DNA from: Collinsella sp.
Lineage (GTDB): Bacteria > Actinomycetota > Coriobacteriia > Coriobacteriales > Coriobacteriaceae
DNA: 61,162 bases
Direction of reading: 5' to 3'
NCBI GenBank assembly: GCA_022745215.1
Contig: JAIIWC010000001.1
Coordinates: 1-61,162, forward strand
Position 1 is the first letter of the stretch; each line of letters opens with the position of its first letter. The position numbers and the translations under genes were made by a program. Below the pieces are notes generated by a model. It saw nothing but the letters and a program-made list of their open reading frames with translations. It was not told where the DNA came from and searched no databases. Shown here piece by piece: positions 1 through 9,642 of this stretch.

Positions 1-1273
1 AGCTAAAGACGATCACGACGACGACCCAAAAGAGCGCCACCGACGTATTGCCGCCCATCCATTCAAAGTAGATGGCGATGGGAATGGTCTGCGTAATGCC
101 GGCATAGTTGCCCGCGAAGAACAGCGTGCAGCCAAACTCGCCCATGGCGCGGGCAAAGGCGAGCACCGTGCCGGCGGCAATAGAGGGCCAGCCGAGGGGC
201 ATCATGAGCTTGGTAAAGATGCGTCGCTCGGACCAGCCCAGCGTGCGCGCTGCATCGAGCATCTGCGTGTCGAGGCTCTCGAAGGCGCCGAGTGCCGTAC
301 GATAGACGAGCGGGAACGACACCACCACGGCAGAGATCACCGCCGCGGGCCACGTAAAGACAATCGAGATGCCGTGCCCGATCAGCCACTGGCCCACCCC
401 GGTCGAGCGGCCGAACAGCATAAGCAGCAAAAAGCCGCAGACCGTGGGCGGCAGCACCATAGGGATGGTAAAGACCGAATCGAGCAGGCCCTTCACGCGG
501 CTCGTGGTGCCCATGGTCTTCCATGCGGCAAACAGGCCCAGCGCGAACGCGATCACCAAGGCGAGACCGCTCGTCTTGATGGACACCCAAAACGGTCGGT
601 AGTCGATACCGCCAAAGAAAGTCGCGGCGCGCTCCGCCAGCGAAGGCGGCTCCGTCGTCGAGACACTCGCATACGGCACCAAGGCGGCGTTATCGCTCCA
701 CAGGGCTCCGTCACCCAGATTGAGCCCGGCGTTTGCGGCATCCGCGGCATTCACGACGGTGTAGTAGTCACCGTCGCCGCCCTTCACCTTAAACTGATAG
801 CGATAATCGCCCTGTACCAGCTCATTGTCCGAGGTAAACACCCACTCGAGCTTGGAGTCCTCCAGCAGCGCGCCTCCCATGGAGTGAGACTTATCGAGCC
901 CCGCGAGCATCGTCTTGAGCGCCTTTTGGTCGGAGGCATTTGCGATATCGAGGCCCGCTTCCTTGGCGGCATGCGCATCGACCCACACCACGATGCTCGT
1001 AGGCGTGGTCACCGTTACGAGTGACGTCTTTTTGTAGATAGGAAAACGATAGCCCTCGGGCTGGTCGGCAAACGAGCGTGCCGTGCCCTTGGCGTTGCGC
1101 TCAAAGGCATTGAGGCCAAAATCGACACCATCGATAAGCGCGGAGTCCTCGGTCGCCTGGCGTCCGTCGGCAGTGGCGAAAAGCGCCTCGGCACAAGCAA
1201 CTCCGGGCAGCGAGGTAAACGCAAAGAGAACCGCCGCCAGCGCAGCGAGCAGGCGAATCGTTTTCCTTGACAC
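1..1273 (-). CDS. modB: Molybdate ABC transporter permease with an N-terminal ~220-aa signal-peptide-bearing extension; runs off the window start
   Basis: Hand-translated; absent from the ORF track because it has no stop in the window. GAGGAG then GTG at 1273, open frame MSRKTIRLLAALAAVLFAF... into DYRPFWVSIKTSG, PMVLPPTVCGF, DAARTLG, FARAMGEFG (ModB motifs). Downstream of modA. Confidence 0.9.
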   Translation of the reverse strand, partial: MSRKTIRLLAALAAVLFAFTSLPGVACAEALFATADGRQATEDSALIDGVDFGLNAFERNAKGTARSFADQPEGYRFPIYKKTSLVTVTTPTSIVVWVDAHAAKEAGLDIANASDQKALKTMLAGLDKSHSMGGALLEDSKLEWVFTSDNELVQGDYRYQFKVKGGDGDYYTVVNAADAANAGLNLGDGALWSDNAALVPYASVSTTEPPSLAERAATFFGGIDYRPFWVSIKTSGLALVIAFALGLFAAWKTMGTTSRVKGLLDSVFTIPMVLPPTVCGFLLLMLFGRSTGVGQWLIGHGISIVFTWPAAVISAVVVSFPLVYRTALGAFESLDTQMLDAARTLGWSERRIFTKLMMPLGWPSIAAGTVLAFARAMGEFGCTLFFAGNYAGITQTIPIAIYFEWMGGNTSVALFWVVVVIVFS

Positions 1274-1325
1274 AGGCGACTCCTCAAACAAAGGGTAACG
1301 ACGCGCGGGCACGCCGCTTCAATCT

Positions 1326-1360
1326 AAAAAGGGCGGACGATCGCAAGAACGCCCGCCCTC
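1326..1360 (-). terminator. Intrinsic terminator-like hairpin between modA and modB
   Basis: AGGGCGG...CCGCCCT stem followed by a T run on the minus strand. Confidence 0.55.
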
Positions 1361-1390
1361 AAGCATATCGTTATGCAGCGCTCTTCTGCA

Positions 1391-2272
1391 CTACTCGGAA
1401 AGCTCAAAGCCGTACTTAGCCCAAATCTTCTGCGCCTTCTTGTTAGACAGGCAGAAGTCGATGAACGCCTTGGCCTCGTCGGCATGCTCGGAGCTCTCGG
1501 CCACGGCACCCGGGTACACAATGGGCTTGTGCGAATCCTCGGGGCACACGAAGGCCTCCTCGATGCCGTCGTAGCGGTAGATGTCGGAGCTGTAGACAAA
1601 ACCTGCCACGCAGTCGCCCGTGGACACGTAGGCGGCAGCGGTGCCGACCTTATCGGCCAGCGCGACCTTGTCGGCAATCTCGGGCGCGTACTCGCCGTCG
1701 TCGCCCTCGGTGCCGGTGTAGAGGCCGACGGAGGCCAGCGCCTGGTTGGCGTACTTGCCGGCCGGAACGGTCTTGGCGTCGCCGATGGCGATCTTGCCGT
1801 CCAGGTTCGCGACGTCGGCGATGGCCTCGACCTTGGTGTCGGAGCCCTCGGCGCGAATGATCACGAGGTCGTTGACGAACATATCCTCACGCGTGTCGGT
1901 GTCGACGAGCCCGGCGGTCTCAGCGTCATCCATGGTGCCCTTGGAGGCCGTGATGAGCACGTCGACCGTGGCACCGGCACGCATCTGCTCAACGAGGTCG
2001 CCGGACGCCTTAAACTGCGTGTCGGCAAAGGTGGTACCGGTCTGCTCGGTGTAGAGCTTCTGAACCTCGGGCAAAGCCTTCTCGAGCGAGTTGGCAGCAA
2101 AGACCTGCAGCTCGACGGTTTCCTTCTTGGAAGAGGCCTTGGCGGAGCCGGCATCGGAACCGGTCGACTCAGGCTCCTTGTTGCCGGAGCAGCCGGCAAG
2201 CCCAAGGCCGGCAGCGGCGACAGCAGAAAGCGAGACGAATCCGCGGCGAGAAACCATATCGAACATGTTCAA
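1391..2272 (-). CDS. modA: Molybdate ABC transporter substrate-binding lipoprotein with Tat-like signal
   Basis: VFAANSL, ASG, VPAGKYA, FVYSSD, IVYPGA motifs; SRRGFV plus LAGC lipobox. Confidence 0.92.
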   Translation of the reverse strand: MNMFDMVSRRGFVSLSAVAAAGLGLAGCSGNKEPESTGSDAGSAKASSKKETVELQVFAANSLEKALPEVQKLYTEQTGTTFADTQFKASGDLVEQMRAGATVDVLITASKGTMDDAETAGLVDTDTREDMFVNDLVIIRAEGSDTKVEAIADVANLDGKIAIGDAKTVPAGKYANQALASVGLYTGTEGDDGEYAPEIADKVALADKVGTAAAYVSTGDCVAGFVYSSDIYRYDGIEEAFVCPEDSHKPIVYPGAVAESSEHADEAKAFIDFCLSNKKAQKIWAKYGFELSE

Positions 2273-2425
2273 CCCTTTCGGACCTTATGCCCGGGTACCC
2301 CACCGCGGGCTTTATTCTGTAATTAGATTATACTTCGGTGCGAATAATGATTATGAGAAATTATTTTCTTCTGAGAATATAGTTTCAGGCATGCCTGCAG
2401 AATGCCGTCCCCTTGGGCGCAAATA

Positions 2426-2457
2426 AAAGGCGGAGCAGCCGTTCAGGTCGCTCCGCC
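2426..2457 (-). terminator. Terminator after moeA-mog
   Basis: GGCGGAGC...GCTCCGCC stem then TTTT on the minus strand. Confidence 0.6.
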
Positions 2458-2470
2458 GCAGGCAAATCGC

Positions 2471-2950
2471 TTAGTTGGTATGTCCGCCGCCCGCTGTCAT
2501 CTGAGCCGCATGCTCCAGCTGGTCCGCTATGGCCTCCCAGCTTTCGCGGGCGGCCTTCGTAGAACCGGGAAAGTTTACGACAAGTGTATGACCTCGTTGC
2601 ATGCAAATAGCGCGCGAGAGCATGGCGCGGCGCGTCTTGGTCATCGAGTACGCACGGATCGCCTCGGCAATGCCCGGCACGTCGCGATCGCAGACGGCAC
2701 GCGTCGCCTCGGGCGTCACATCGCGCATCGAAAGCCCCGTGCCGCCGCAGGTGAGCACGACATTGGCGTGGCACTCATCGGCGGCTTCCACAATAGCATC
2801 ACCGATCTCGCTGACGTCGTCGCGCACGACCACATGTGAGACGACCGTCCAGCCCTGCGCCTCGATAAGTTCCTCGAGTGCGGCTCCAGCCTCGTCCTGG
2901 GCTAGATCGCGCGTATCCGAGCACGTCACGATCGATATCTTCAGCTCCAT
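2471..2950 (-). CDS. mog: Molybdopterin adenylyltransferase, MogA/MoaB family
   Basis: TCSD, TCGGTGLSMRDVTPEAT, NFPGS motifs; AGGAGG upstream of ATG 2950. Confidence 0.9.
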   Translation of the reverse strand: MELKISIVTCSDTRDLAQDEAGAALEELIEAQGWTVVSHVVVRDDVSEIGDAIVEAADECHANVVLTCGGTGLSMRDVTPEATRAVCDRDVPGIAEAIRAYSMTKTRRAMLSRAICMQRGHTLVVNFPGSTKAARESWEAIADQLEHAAQMTAGGGHTN

Positions 2951-2960
2951 AGCATTCCTC

Positions 2961-4223
2961 CTACAACACGGCGCCCTCGGGCAGGTCGACGCGAACAACG
3001 TCCACGACGTCGCCCGCCTTGAGGTCGCACGGCCCTTCTTCAATACGCAGTAGGCAGTTGGCCCGCTGCATCGTGCCGAGCAACGCCGAATTCTGCGTCT
3101 TGGCCTCGGTCACCAACAGCTCACCGGTCTCGGGGTCGCGCAAAACCGTGGCGCGATCGAAGAAGCGGCGATGCTGTCGCTTTTTCACGCCGTGCGTGAG
3201 CATCGCCTGCTGAACGGGACGTGCACCCTCGGCAAAGCCGCGCATCTTGCGAATCGCCGGGCGCGCGAGCACCTCAAAGCCCACGTAGGCCGCCGCCGGA
3301 TTGCCCGAAAGCCCCAGGTACGGCTTGCCGCCGAGCAGGCCAAACGTGATGGCCTTGCCGGGACGCATCGAGATGCGATCGAACAGGACCTCGCCCTCGC
3401 GCTGGACCAGCGCCGTCACGTAGTCGTAGTCGCCCGCCGAGGCCCCGCCGCTCGTAATGACAAAGTCGCACTCCCGTACGGCACGATGCACGAGTTCGGA
3501 TATCGCCTGCTCGTCGTCGGGCGCAATGCCATAGAAGACAGGCTCGGCACCGGCATCGAGTGCCTCGGCCATCAACGCCGAGGAGTTGGAATCGCGAATC
3601 TGGCCACGCGCCGGAAGCTCACTTGGAGCAACCAGCTCCGTGCCCAGCGAGATGATGCCCACGCGCGGTGCGGCGTGCACCTTCACGCTCGCGTACCCGG
3701 CGCTTGCCAGCAGGCCCGCACCAGCCGGCGCCACAACCTCACCGGCACGCATCACGACGTCGCCGGCACGGGCTTCTTCGGCAGCAGAGCGAACGTTCTG
3801 CCCCACCTTAGCCGGCGCCGAGAAGCGAACGTGCGAGCCCTCGTTGCCATCGCCGTCGAGCACGTCGACGATCTCGTACTTCACCACGGCATCGGCGCCC
3901 TCTGGCACCGGCGCGCCCGTCATAATGCGGACCGTCTCGCCCGCGCCGATCGTGCCCTCAAACACATGACCCGCTGCCTCGTGCCCGACAACGGAAAGCG
4001 TCACCGGCGTATCGGTTGACGCCGCGACAAGGTCGGCTGCGCGCACGGCATAGCCGTCCATGGCGCTGTTGGCAAATGGCGAGATGTCGATATCGGCCAC
4101 GGCTTCCTCGGCCAAGGGAAGACCCGCCGCCTGCCATACGGGAATCTCGACAACCCTGGTCGGACTCACATGTGACAAGACAATTGCCTGCGCGTCCTCC
4201 AACGGAATGAGCTTCTCTGCCAT
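2961..4223 (-). CDS. moeA: Molybdopterin molybdotransferase
   Basis: SAMDGYAV, RIMTGAPVP, IRDSN, SGGASAGDYD, MRPGK, LSGNP motifs. Confidence 0.95.
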   Translation of the reverse strand: MAEKLIPLEDAQAIVLSHVSPTRVVEIPVWQAAGLPLAEEAVADIDISPFANSAMDGYAVRAADLVAASTDTPVTLSVVGHEAAGHVFEGTIGAGETVRIMTGAPVPEGADAVVKYEIVDVLDGDGNEGSHVRFSAPAKVGQNVRSAAEEARAGDVVMRAGEVVAPAGAGLLASAGYASVKVHAAPRVGIISLGTELVAPSELPARGQIRDSNSSALMAEALDAGAEPVFYGIAPDDEQAISELVHRAVRECDFVITSGGASAGDYDYVTALVQREGEVLFDRISMRPGKAITFGLLGGKPYLGLSGNPAAAYVGFEVLARPAIRKMRGFAEGARPVQQAMLTHGVKKRQHRRFFDRATVLRDPETGELLVTEAKTQNSALLGTMQRANCLLRIEEGPCDLKAGDVVDVVRVDLPEGAVL

Positions 4224-4435
4224 ATGCACCTCTTACAGATCGCGGCGCGTAACAAGGGCGCCGATTCTTTATGTTTTATTCAGTATAATCCCCCGCCGCT
4301 CAACCGTGAGACGGCCTGCACTCGCGAATACGCCTGTCGGTTACAGGACACGAAACAGAACCGAAACCAACCCACCGGCTTGACACGTTTGTCACGCTCT
4401 ATAATGCTTGCGTTGCAACCAAAGAAGAGGACACC

Positions 4436-5857
4436 ATGGCTTTTACCGACACATCAGACAGCGAAAGCAAAGAGCAAGACAACACCCTGCCACTCGACGA
4501 GGGCGGCTTCTTCTCCCTGAACGATGTCATCATGGCCGGCAGGCAGCAGCTCACCCGCTCCGAGCATCTCTTGGCTGCCGACACGCGCCGCAACGCCCGC
4601 AATCTGCTTGCAAGCGCCAAGTTGCTCGCGCTCGTCGTGATTGTTTCGCTCGCCATGGGTGTTGCCGCCTGGGCGTTTTTGGCCTCGCTGAATATCGCGA
4701 CCGACTATCGCGAGCATCACGCGTGGATCTACGCACTGCTTCCCGCCGTGGGTGTCGCCACCGCATGGGTGTATAAGAACCACGGCCTTGCCGCCAAACG
4801 TGGCAACAACCTGGTCATCGACTCTGCCCTGGGCACCCGCCTCATCCATGCCCGCATGGCCGTCCTTACCTTCGTCTGCTCCACGCTTACGCACCTGACA
4901 GGCGGCTCGGCCGGACGCGAGGGCGCTGCCGTGCAGATCGGCGGTACCATCGCCAGCAACATCTCAAACCTGGCGCATCTTAAAAAGCACGACCATCACG
5001 ACCTCATGCTCGCCGGCATCTCGTCTGCCTTCGGCGCCGTGTTCGGCTCACCCCTCGCCGGCGCCTTCTTTGGCATGGAGATGTGCTTTATCGGCAAGAT
5101 CGACTACACCGCCGGCATCTACTGTCTCGTCGCCTCGTTTACCGGCTACTTTACGTCGCTTGCCCTGGGCACCGAGTACGAGGCGAACGTCATCGCCAGT
5201 GTCCCCGATATGACACCCCGAACGGTCGCCATCGTCGTCGTCAGCGCCATCGTGTTCGGTCTAACCGCACGCCTCTTCGCCTGGTCGGTTCGAACCGTCA
5301 AGAGCCTCTACGGCCGCTTTATTACCAACTATCTTGTTCGCGCCCTCGTGGGCGCACTCGTGGTACTCGCAGCTTACGCGGTGCTCGATGCCTGGAAGTA
5401 CGCCGGCCTTGCCACCTGGCTCTCGGGCGCCGGTTTCGCCGGCAATACGACCCTCGCCGACGCAGCCATCAAGTTGGTCGTGACGGCGCTCACCCTGGGT
5501 GCCGGCTTCCAGGGCGGCGAGGTCACACCGTTGTTTGGCATCGGAGCTGCGCTTGGCGGCTGGATCGGCTGCCTCGCCGGAATCGACCCCAGCTTTCTGG
5601 CGGCCCTCGGCATGCTCGGCGTGTTCTGCGCCGGCCTCAACGTGCCCATCACCACCTGTATGATGGCCATCGACCTGTTCCACGGCACAGCAGCCGGGTT
5701 CTTTGTCATCGTTGCTTTTATCAGCTATCTTGCCGGCGGCCACCGCGGCGTGTATCCCGCCCAGCGCATTATCTCGCCCAAGCGCCGTTCGCTCATTGTG
5801 GACGAGGGCGGCACGGTGGCAGAGGCTATCGAGCGCCACAACGACCTGATAGAGTAG
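4436..5857 (+). CDS. CLC-family anion/H+ antiporter, fluoride-specific CLC-F clade
   Basis: GNNLV, GREG and GEVTP signatures typical of CLC-F, rather than the GSGIP of canonical CLCs. Confidence 0.85.
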   Translation: MAFTDTSDSESKEQDNTLPLDEGGFFSLNDVIMAGRQQLTRSEHLLAADTRRNARNLLASAKLLALVVIVSLAMGVAAWAFLASLNIATDYREHHAWIYALLPAVGVATAWVYKNHGLAAKRGNNLVIDSALGTRLIHARMAVLTFVCSTLTHLTGGSAGREGAAVQIGGTIASNISNLAHLKKHDHHDLMLAGISSAFGAVFGSPLAGAFFGMEMCFIGKIDYTAGIYCLVASFTGYFTSLALGTEYEANVIASVPDMTPRTVAIVVVSAIVFGLTARLFAWSVRTVKSLYGRFITNYLVRALVGALVVLAAYAVLDAWKYAGLATWLSGAGFAGNTTLADAAIKLVVTALTLGAGFQGGEVTPLFGIGAALGGWIGCLAGIDPSFLAALGMLGVFCAGLNVPITTCMMAIDLFHGTAAGFFVIVAFISYLAGGHRGVYPAQRIISPKRRSLIVDEGGTVAEAIERHNDLIE

Positions 5858-5943
5858 ACGTAATAATCGCCGTGCAGCCACAATCGGGGGCAACGCAACC
5901 CGAGCGCGACCGCACCGTCACGCCATATGCCGGGAGTCGCCCC

Positions 5944-6906
5944 ATGCACGCAACAGATTTTGGTCGCACGCTGATCATCGCCAATCCCGCCGCCCAATCG
6001 GGCGCGGCACGCGAAGTTGCCGAACGCCTGCAGCGCTTCTTGGACATGACTGCGCGCTCATCCCAGTTTGACTTGGTGCTGACCGAGCACATGGGACACG
6101 CCAAAGAACTTGCCGCACAGGCCCAGAGCTACCGCACGGTTATCGCACTCGGCGGCGACGGCGTGATCCACGAGGTCGTCAACGGACTCATGGCGCAGGA
6201 AGAGGCTGCCCGACCGGCTCTTGCCGTCCTGCCCGTGGGCTCCGGCAACGATTTTGCCCAGACGCTCGGCATCGATGATTTTTCCGGTAAAGATTTTGGC
6301 GCCCTGCTCACCTGCGAGCTGCAGCGTCAGGACATCGGGCGCATTCGCTCGTGGAGCCCTGCAAGCGGCAGCGGCGAGGCGGCCGTCGAGTATTACGACC
6401 AGACGCTCTCCGTCGGCATTGACGCCGCCATCGGCCTGGGCACCACCGAGCTGCGCAAAAAGACGGGACTTACCGGCGCTCCGCTCTACACCCTTTCGGG
6501 CCTGGAGCAGTTTGGCCTGCGCTATCGCAACTACCCCATGACGGTTAGCTTTGACGGCGCGCCCGCCGAGCGCGTGCGGGCGATTATCATGGCCATCCAG
6601 CTGGGCCCCACCTATGGCTCGGGCTATCGTATCTGCCCCGACGCCGACCCCTGCGACGGTATCCTCGACGTTTGTTACGCATGCGGTCCCGTGCCCCGTG
6701 CAGTCGCCCTGCCCATGTTCCTTTCAGCCAAGGAAGGCCACCACACCAAGCTTCCGCCAGTGCGCATGCGCCGCTGCCGCCATGCCGAACTCACCTTCGA
6801 GGAGCCCGACTACCCCATCCAGGCTGACGGCGAAGCCATCGTCGCCTCGCGCATCGAGGTGGACATCCTGGCCGCCGCCCTCCAAGTCTGGCGCCCCACC
6901 CGCTAG
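5944..6906 (+). CDS. Diacylglycerol/lipid kinase family protein (YegS/BmrU-like)
   Basis: IIANPAA, GGDGVIHEVVNG, PVGSGNDFA, QADGE; RBS GGGAG before ATG 5944. Confidence 0.9.
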   Translation: MHATDFGRTLIIANPAAQSGAAREVAERLQRFLDMTARSSQFDLVLTEHMGHAKELAAQAQSYRTVIALGGDGVIHEVVNGLMAQEEAARPALAVLPVGSGNDFAQTLGIDDFSGKDFGALLTCELQRQDIGRIRSWSPASGSGEAAVEYYDQTLSVGIDAAIGLGTTELRKKTGLTGAPLYTLSGLEQFGLRYRNYPMTVSFDGAPAERVRAIIMAIQLGPTYGSGYRICPDADPCDGILDVCYACGPVPRAVALPMFLSAKEGHHTKLPPVRMRRCRHAELTFEEPDYPIQADGEAIVASRIEVDILAAALQVWRPTR

Positions 6907-6915
6907 CCCCACCTA

Positions 6916-6982
6916 AGTTGCGGTGAAATAGGGACTGTTTTGCGGCTCTGGCAGCCCAAACAATCCCTATTTCACCGCAACT
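6916..6982. repeat. Palindromic dispersed repeat family A, copy 1 (67 bp)
   Basis: AGTTGCGGTGAAATAGGGA...TCCCTATTTCACCGCAACT; related copies at 27766 and 28707. Confidence 0.85.
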
Positions 6983-6993
6983 AATTGAGGAGC

Positions 6994-7374
6994 CTACTCG
7001 TCACCGCCCGGTTTGCGGCGGTTGACCTTTTTGATGGCGTTGAAGTGCTTGTCGTTGAGCCTGCGCTGACGCGATCGCTGTGGCACTTTGGTCTTCACGC
7101 GACGACGCGGCGGACGACCGCGACGCTCGAGCTCGGCCTTCAGCTTGCGCAGGCAGCTCGCACGATTCTGAAACTGGCTACGGCTCTCGCGCGCCGTCAC
7201 GACTATCCCCGTAGGCACATGCTTCATGCGCACCGCCGAGTCCGTCGTGTTGACACCCTGGCCGCCCGGCCCCGTCGCGCGAAACACCTGCACCTCACAG
7301 TCGCGCGTCAGCTCCTCGGCCGACATCTCGGCATAGCGCGCATACTCGCGCCAGCCCATCTTGATCTCGTCCAT
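6994..7374 (-). CDS. arfB: Ribosome-rescue peptidyl-tRNA hydrolase, ArfB/YaeJ-like
   Basis: [15 protein letters not shown], basic tail [16 protein letters not shown]. Confidence 0.8.
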   Translation of the reverse strand: MDEIKMGWREYARYAEMSAEELTRDCEVQVFRATGPGGQGVNTTDSAVRMKHVPTGIVVTARESRSQFQNRASCLRKLKAELERRGRPPRRRVKTKVPQRSRQRRLNDKHFNAIKKVNRRKPGGDE

Positions 7375-7399
7375 ACCAACACGTCCCTCCAAACAAAAA

Positions 7400-7430
7400 A
7401 TGTGACAAAGGGACCGTCCCTTTGTCACAT
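7400..7430. repeat. Perfect 15-bp inverted repeat, GGGAC/GTCCC type
   Basis: ATGTGACAAAGGGAC-C-GTCCCTTTGTCACAT. Confidence 0.75.
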
Positions 7431-7457
7431 CGCATGCAAATCGTATGTGCCGCGCGA

Positions 7458-8036
7458 TTAGGCGAAGGTGATCTCGCCGTTCTCGCAGTCCATATCGGCG
7501 ATACGGGCCAGGCTCTCAACGCGGAAACCGCGCTCGCGGAGCTTGTCGCCGCCGCCCTGGAAGCCCTTCTCCACGGCAATACCAATACCGGAAACCTCGG
7601 CGCCCGCAGCCTCGCAGATCTTGATAAGGCCCTCGAGCGCGCAACCGTTGGCCAGGAAGTCGTCGATGATCAGGACCTTGTCGCCCTCGGACAGGAAGCG
7701 CTTACCCACGATAACCGGATACTCTTTTTGCTTGGTAAAGGAGTAGATAGTCGTGGCATACTGCTCGCCGTCGAGGTTGATGGACTGGGCCTTCTTGGCA
7801 AAAACAACCGGCACGCCGCCAAAATGCTGGGCCGCGATGCAGGCCATGCCAATGCCCGAAGCCTCAATCGTCAGGATCTTGTTGATCTCGATACCCTCGA
7901 ACAGACGGACCCACTCGGCGCCCATGTGGTCGAACAGCTCAACGTCGCACTGGTGGTTGAGGAAGGCATCAACCTTAAGGACGTTACCGGCCTTTACGAT
8001 GCCGTCACGGCGAATACGATCCTCAAGCTCCTGCAT
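7458..8036 (-). CDS. xpt: Xanthine phosphoribosyltransferase
   Basis: [35 protein letters not shown]. Confidence 0.95.
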   Translation of the reverse strand: MQELEDRIRRDGIVKAGNVLKVDAFLNHQCDVELFDHMGAEWVRLFEGIEINKILTIEASGIGMACIAAQHFGGVPVVFAKKAQSINLDGEQYATTIYSFTKQKEYPVIVGKRFLSEGDKVLIIDDFLANGCALEGLIKICEAAGAEVSGIGIAVEKGFQGGGDKLRERGFRVESLARIADMDCENGEITFA

Positions 8037-8196
8037 GGCGCAACCCCTTCTCGCGGCAACGATACCGCGCGATTAATAAACGTTGTTCGATAGTCTACCA
8101 CGGACCGACCCCCGCCCGCCCCACAAGCCGTATCGCACCATAAAGCTGCAAGACCAGTAGATAGGCCCGATTCGTGGCAGACAGCCTCCCAACACG

Positions 8197-9501
8197 CTAA
8201 TGCCGGGTGCGCGTCCTCACCAAACGTACCAATGTGAGCGCAAAGCCCACGGTAGCAACGGCCATCAGCACGTAGAATACCAAACGGAAGCCAAAGAGGA
8301 ACACATCCGGACGGCCCGCCACATAGCTCGTGACCGTCTTACCCATTACCGCGCTCGTCTGTCCATACAGGATGCGCGACGCCGCCGTAATACCCAGCGC
8401 TATGCCCGCATAGCGCGCCAAGCTGCTCAAGCTGCCCGCAAAGCCAAGCGCCTCACGCGGAGCCGAACCCATATACAGCGAATTATTGGGACTCTGGAAG
8501 ATCGACGTGCCGCACGACATAAACGCGACGCAGCACACGATCATCAAGATGGAAGAGTGCTCGTCAAGCGTGCTCACCGCAAAGAGACCGCACACGTACA
8601 CGCCCAGGCCAACGGCCGTGGGCGCTTCACAACCAACACGGTCGGACACCGAGCCCGAAAGCGGGCCCACAAAGGCATTCACGACCGGCATCGCCAAAAA
8701 CAACAGGCCGGAGATATCGGAGCTAAAGCCGCGGGCATCCTGAAAGTAGAACGGCAGCACAAACTCGGAGGCACCGATACCCACGAACACGATAAGCATG
8801 CAAGCCAGGTTAATCGTGAAAGCCGAGCTCGCAAAGCAGCGACGCGCCGCCTCTGTCAACGGCATAGGGCGTTCGCCAGCCTCCGGCTTGACATGCGGCA
8901 GCGTGTAGAGTCCCACGATAAACGAGATGACGCCAATGGGAAGGTTGATGAGGAAGATGCTCTCCCAGGGAAAACTTGCCACGAGTACGCCGCCGAGCAC
9001 GGGGCCGCACATCATGCCAAGAGCCACAAAGGTCGCCAGAATGCCCATGGCACGACCGCGCTCACGCGCCGGAAACGACTCGGTGATGATGCCCATATTG
9101 TTGGCCATCGCGGCGGCACAGCCAATGCCCTGCACGATACGCGCCAAGATAAGCACCTCGAGCGAAGCCGAAAGCCCGCAAAGCAGCGAGCCACCCGTAA
9201 AGACGATCACACCAAGCTGGAACACATTCACCTTGCCGCGCACATCGCCCAAGCGGCCAAACGGCAGCATGGCGACGCACGTCGCGAGCAGATACGCCGA
9301 GCTCACGAGCTGAATGCGGTCGAGACCCACACCCAGCTCCTTTTGCATCACCGGAAGCGCCACCGTCACGATGCTCGCATCCAGACACGCCATAAAGGTC
9401 ATGACGAGCACGGTGAACAGAATCGCCCATTTATTCTTACCGTGGGTGTCGCCCTCCAGGGCAATGTGTTCGCGGCGCAGCTGCTCGGCAGTTTTCTCCA
9501 T
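8197..9501 (-). CDS. MFS efflux transporter, DHA2/EmrB-like
   Basis: LDASIVTVALP, GRLGDVRG, ERGRAMG, IFLINLPIG motifs. Confidence 0.88.
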   Translation of the reverse strand: MEKTAEQLRREHIALEGDTHGKNKWAILFTVLVMTFMACLDASIVTVALPVMQKELGVGLDRIQLVSSAYLLATCVAMLPFGRLGDVRGKVNVFQLGVIVFTGGSLLCGLSASLEVLILARIVQGIGCAAAMANNMGIITESFPARERGRAMGILATFVALGMMCGPVLGGVLVASFPWESIFLINLPIGVISFIVGLYTLPHVKPEAGERPMPLTEAARRCFASSAFTINLACMLIVFVGIGASEFVLPFYFQDARGFSSDISGLLFLAMPVVNAFVGPLSGSVSDRVGCEAPTAVGLGVYVCGLFAVSTLDEHSSILMIVCCVAFMSCGTSIFQSPNNSLYMGSAPREALGFAGSLSSLARYAGIALGITAASRILYGQTSAVMGKTVTSYVAGRPDVFLFGFRLVFYVLMAVATVGFALTLVRLVRTRTRH

Positions 9502-9642
9502 ATATATCCTTTCTATCGTGCAACGCAAAAACGGGACCCCCATCGCCTACAAACGGTCACGATCGGGGTCCCGCCTACGGAATCGGAACTATGAGGACGT
9601 CGTCAGCCGAAAAGCCGTCCCACGCCTCGCACGCACGCTAGC

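Noticed and set aside
2273..2330. Moco riboswitch upstream of modA or moeA
   Set aside because: The leaders are too short and lack the multi-stem consensus; only a CCGAAAGG fragment is present.
5083..5943. 607-aa ORF suggesting a long N-terminal extension of the lipid kinase
   Set aside because: The extension overlaps the CLC gene in another frame and is Arg/Pro-rich GC shadow; an RBS and the family start fit ATG 5944.
8037..8110. Purine riboswitch upstream of xpt
   Set aside because: No purine aptamer consensus visible in the short leader.
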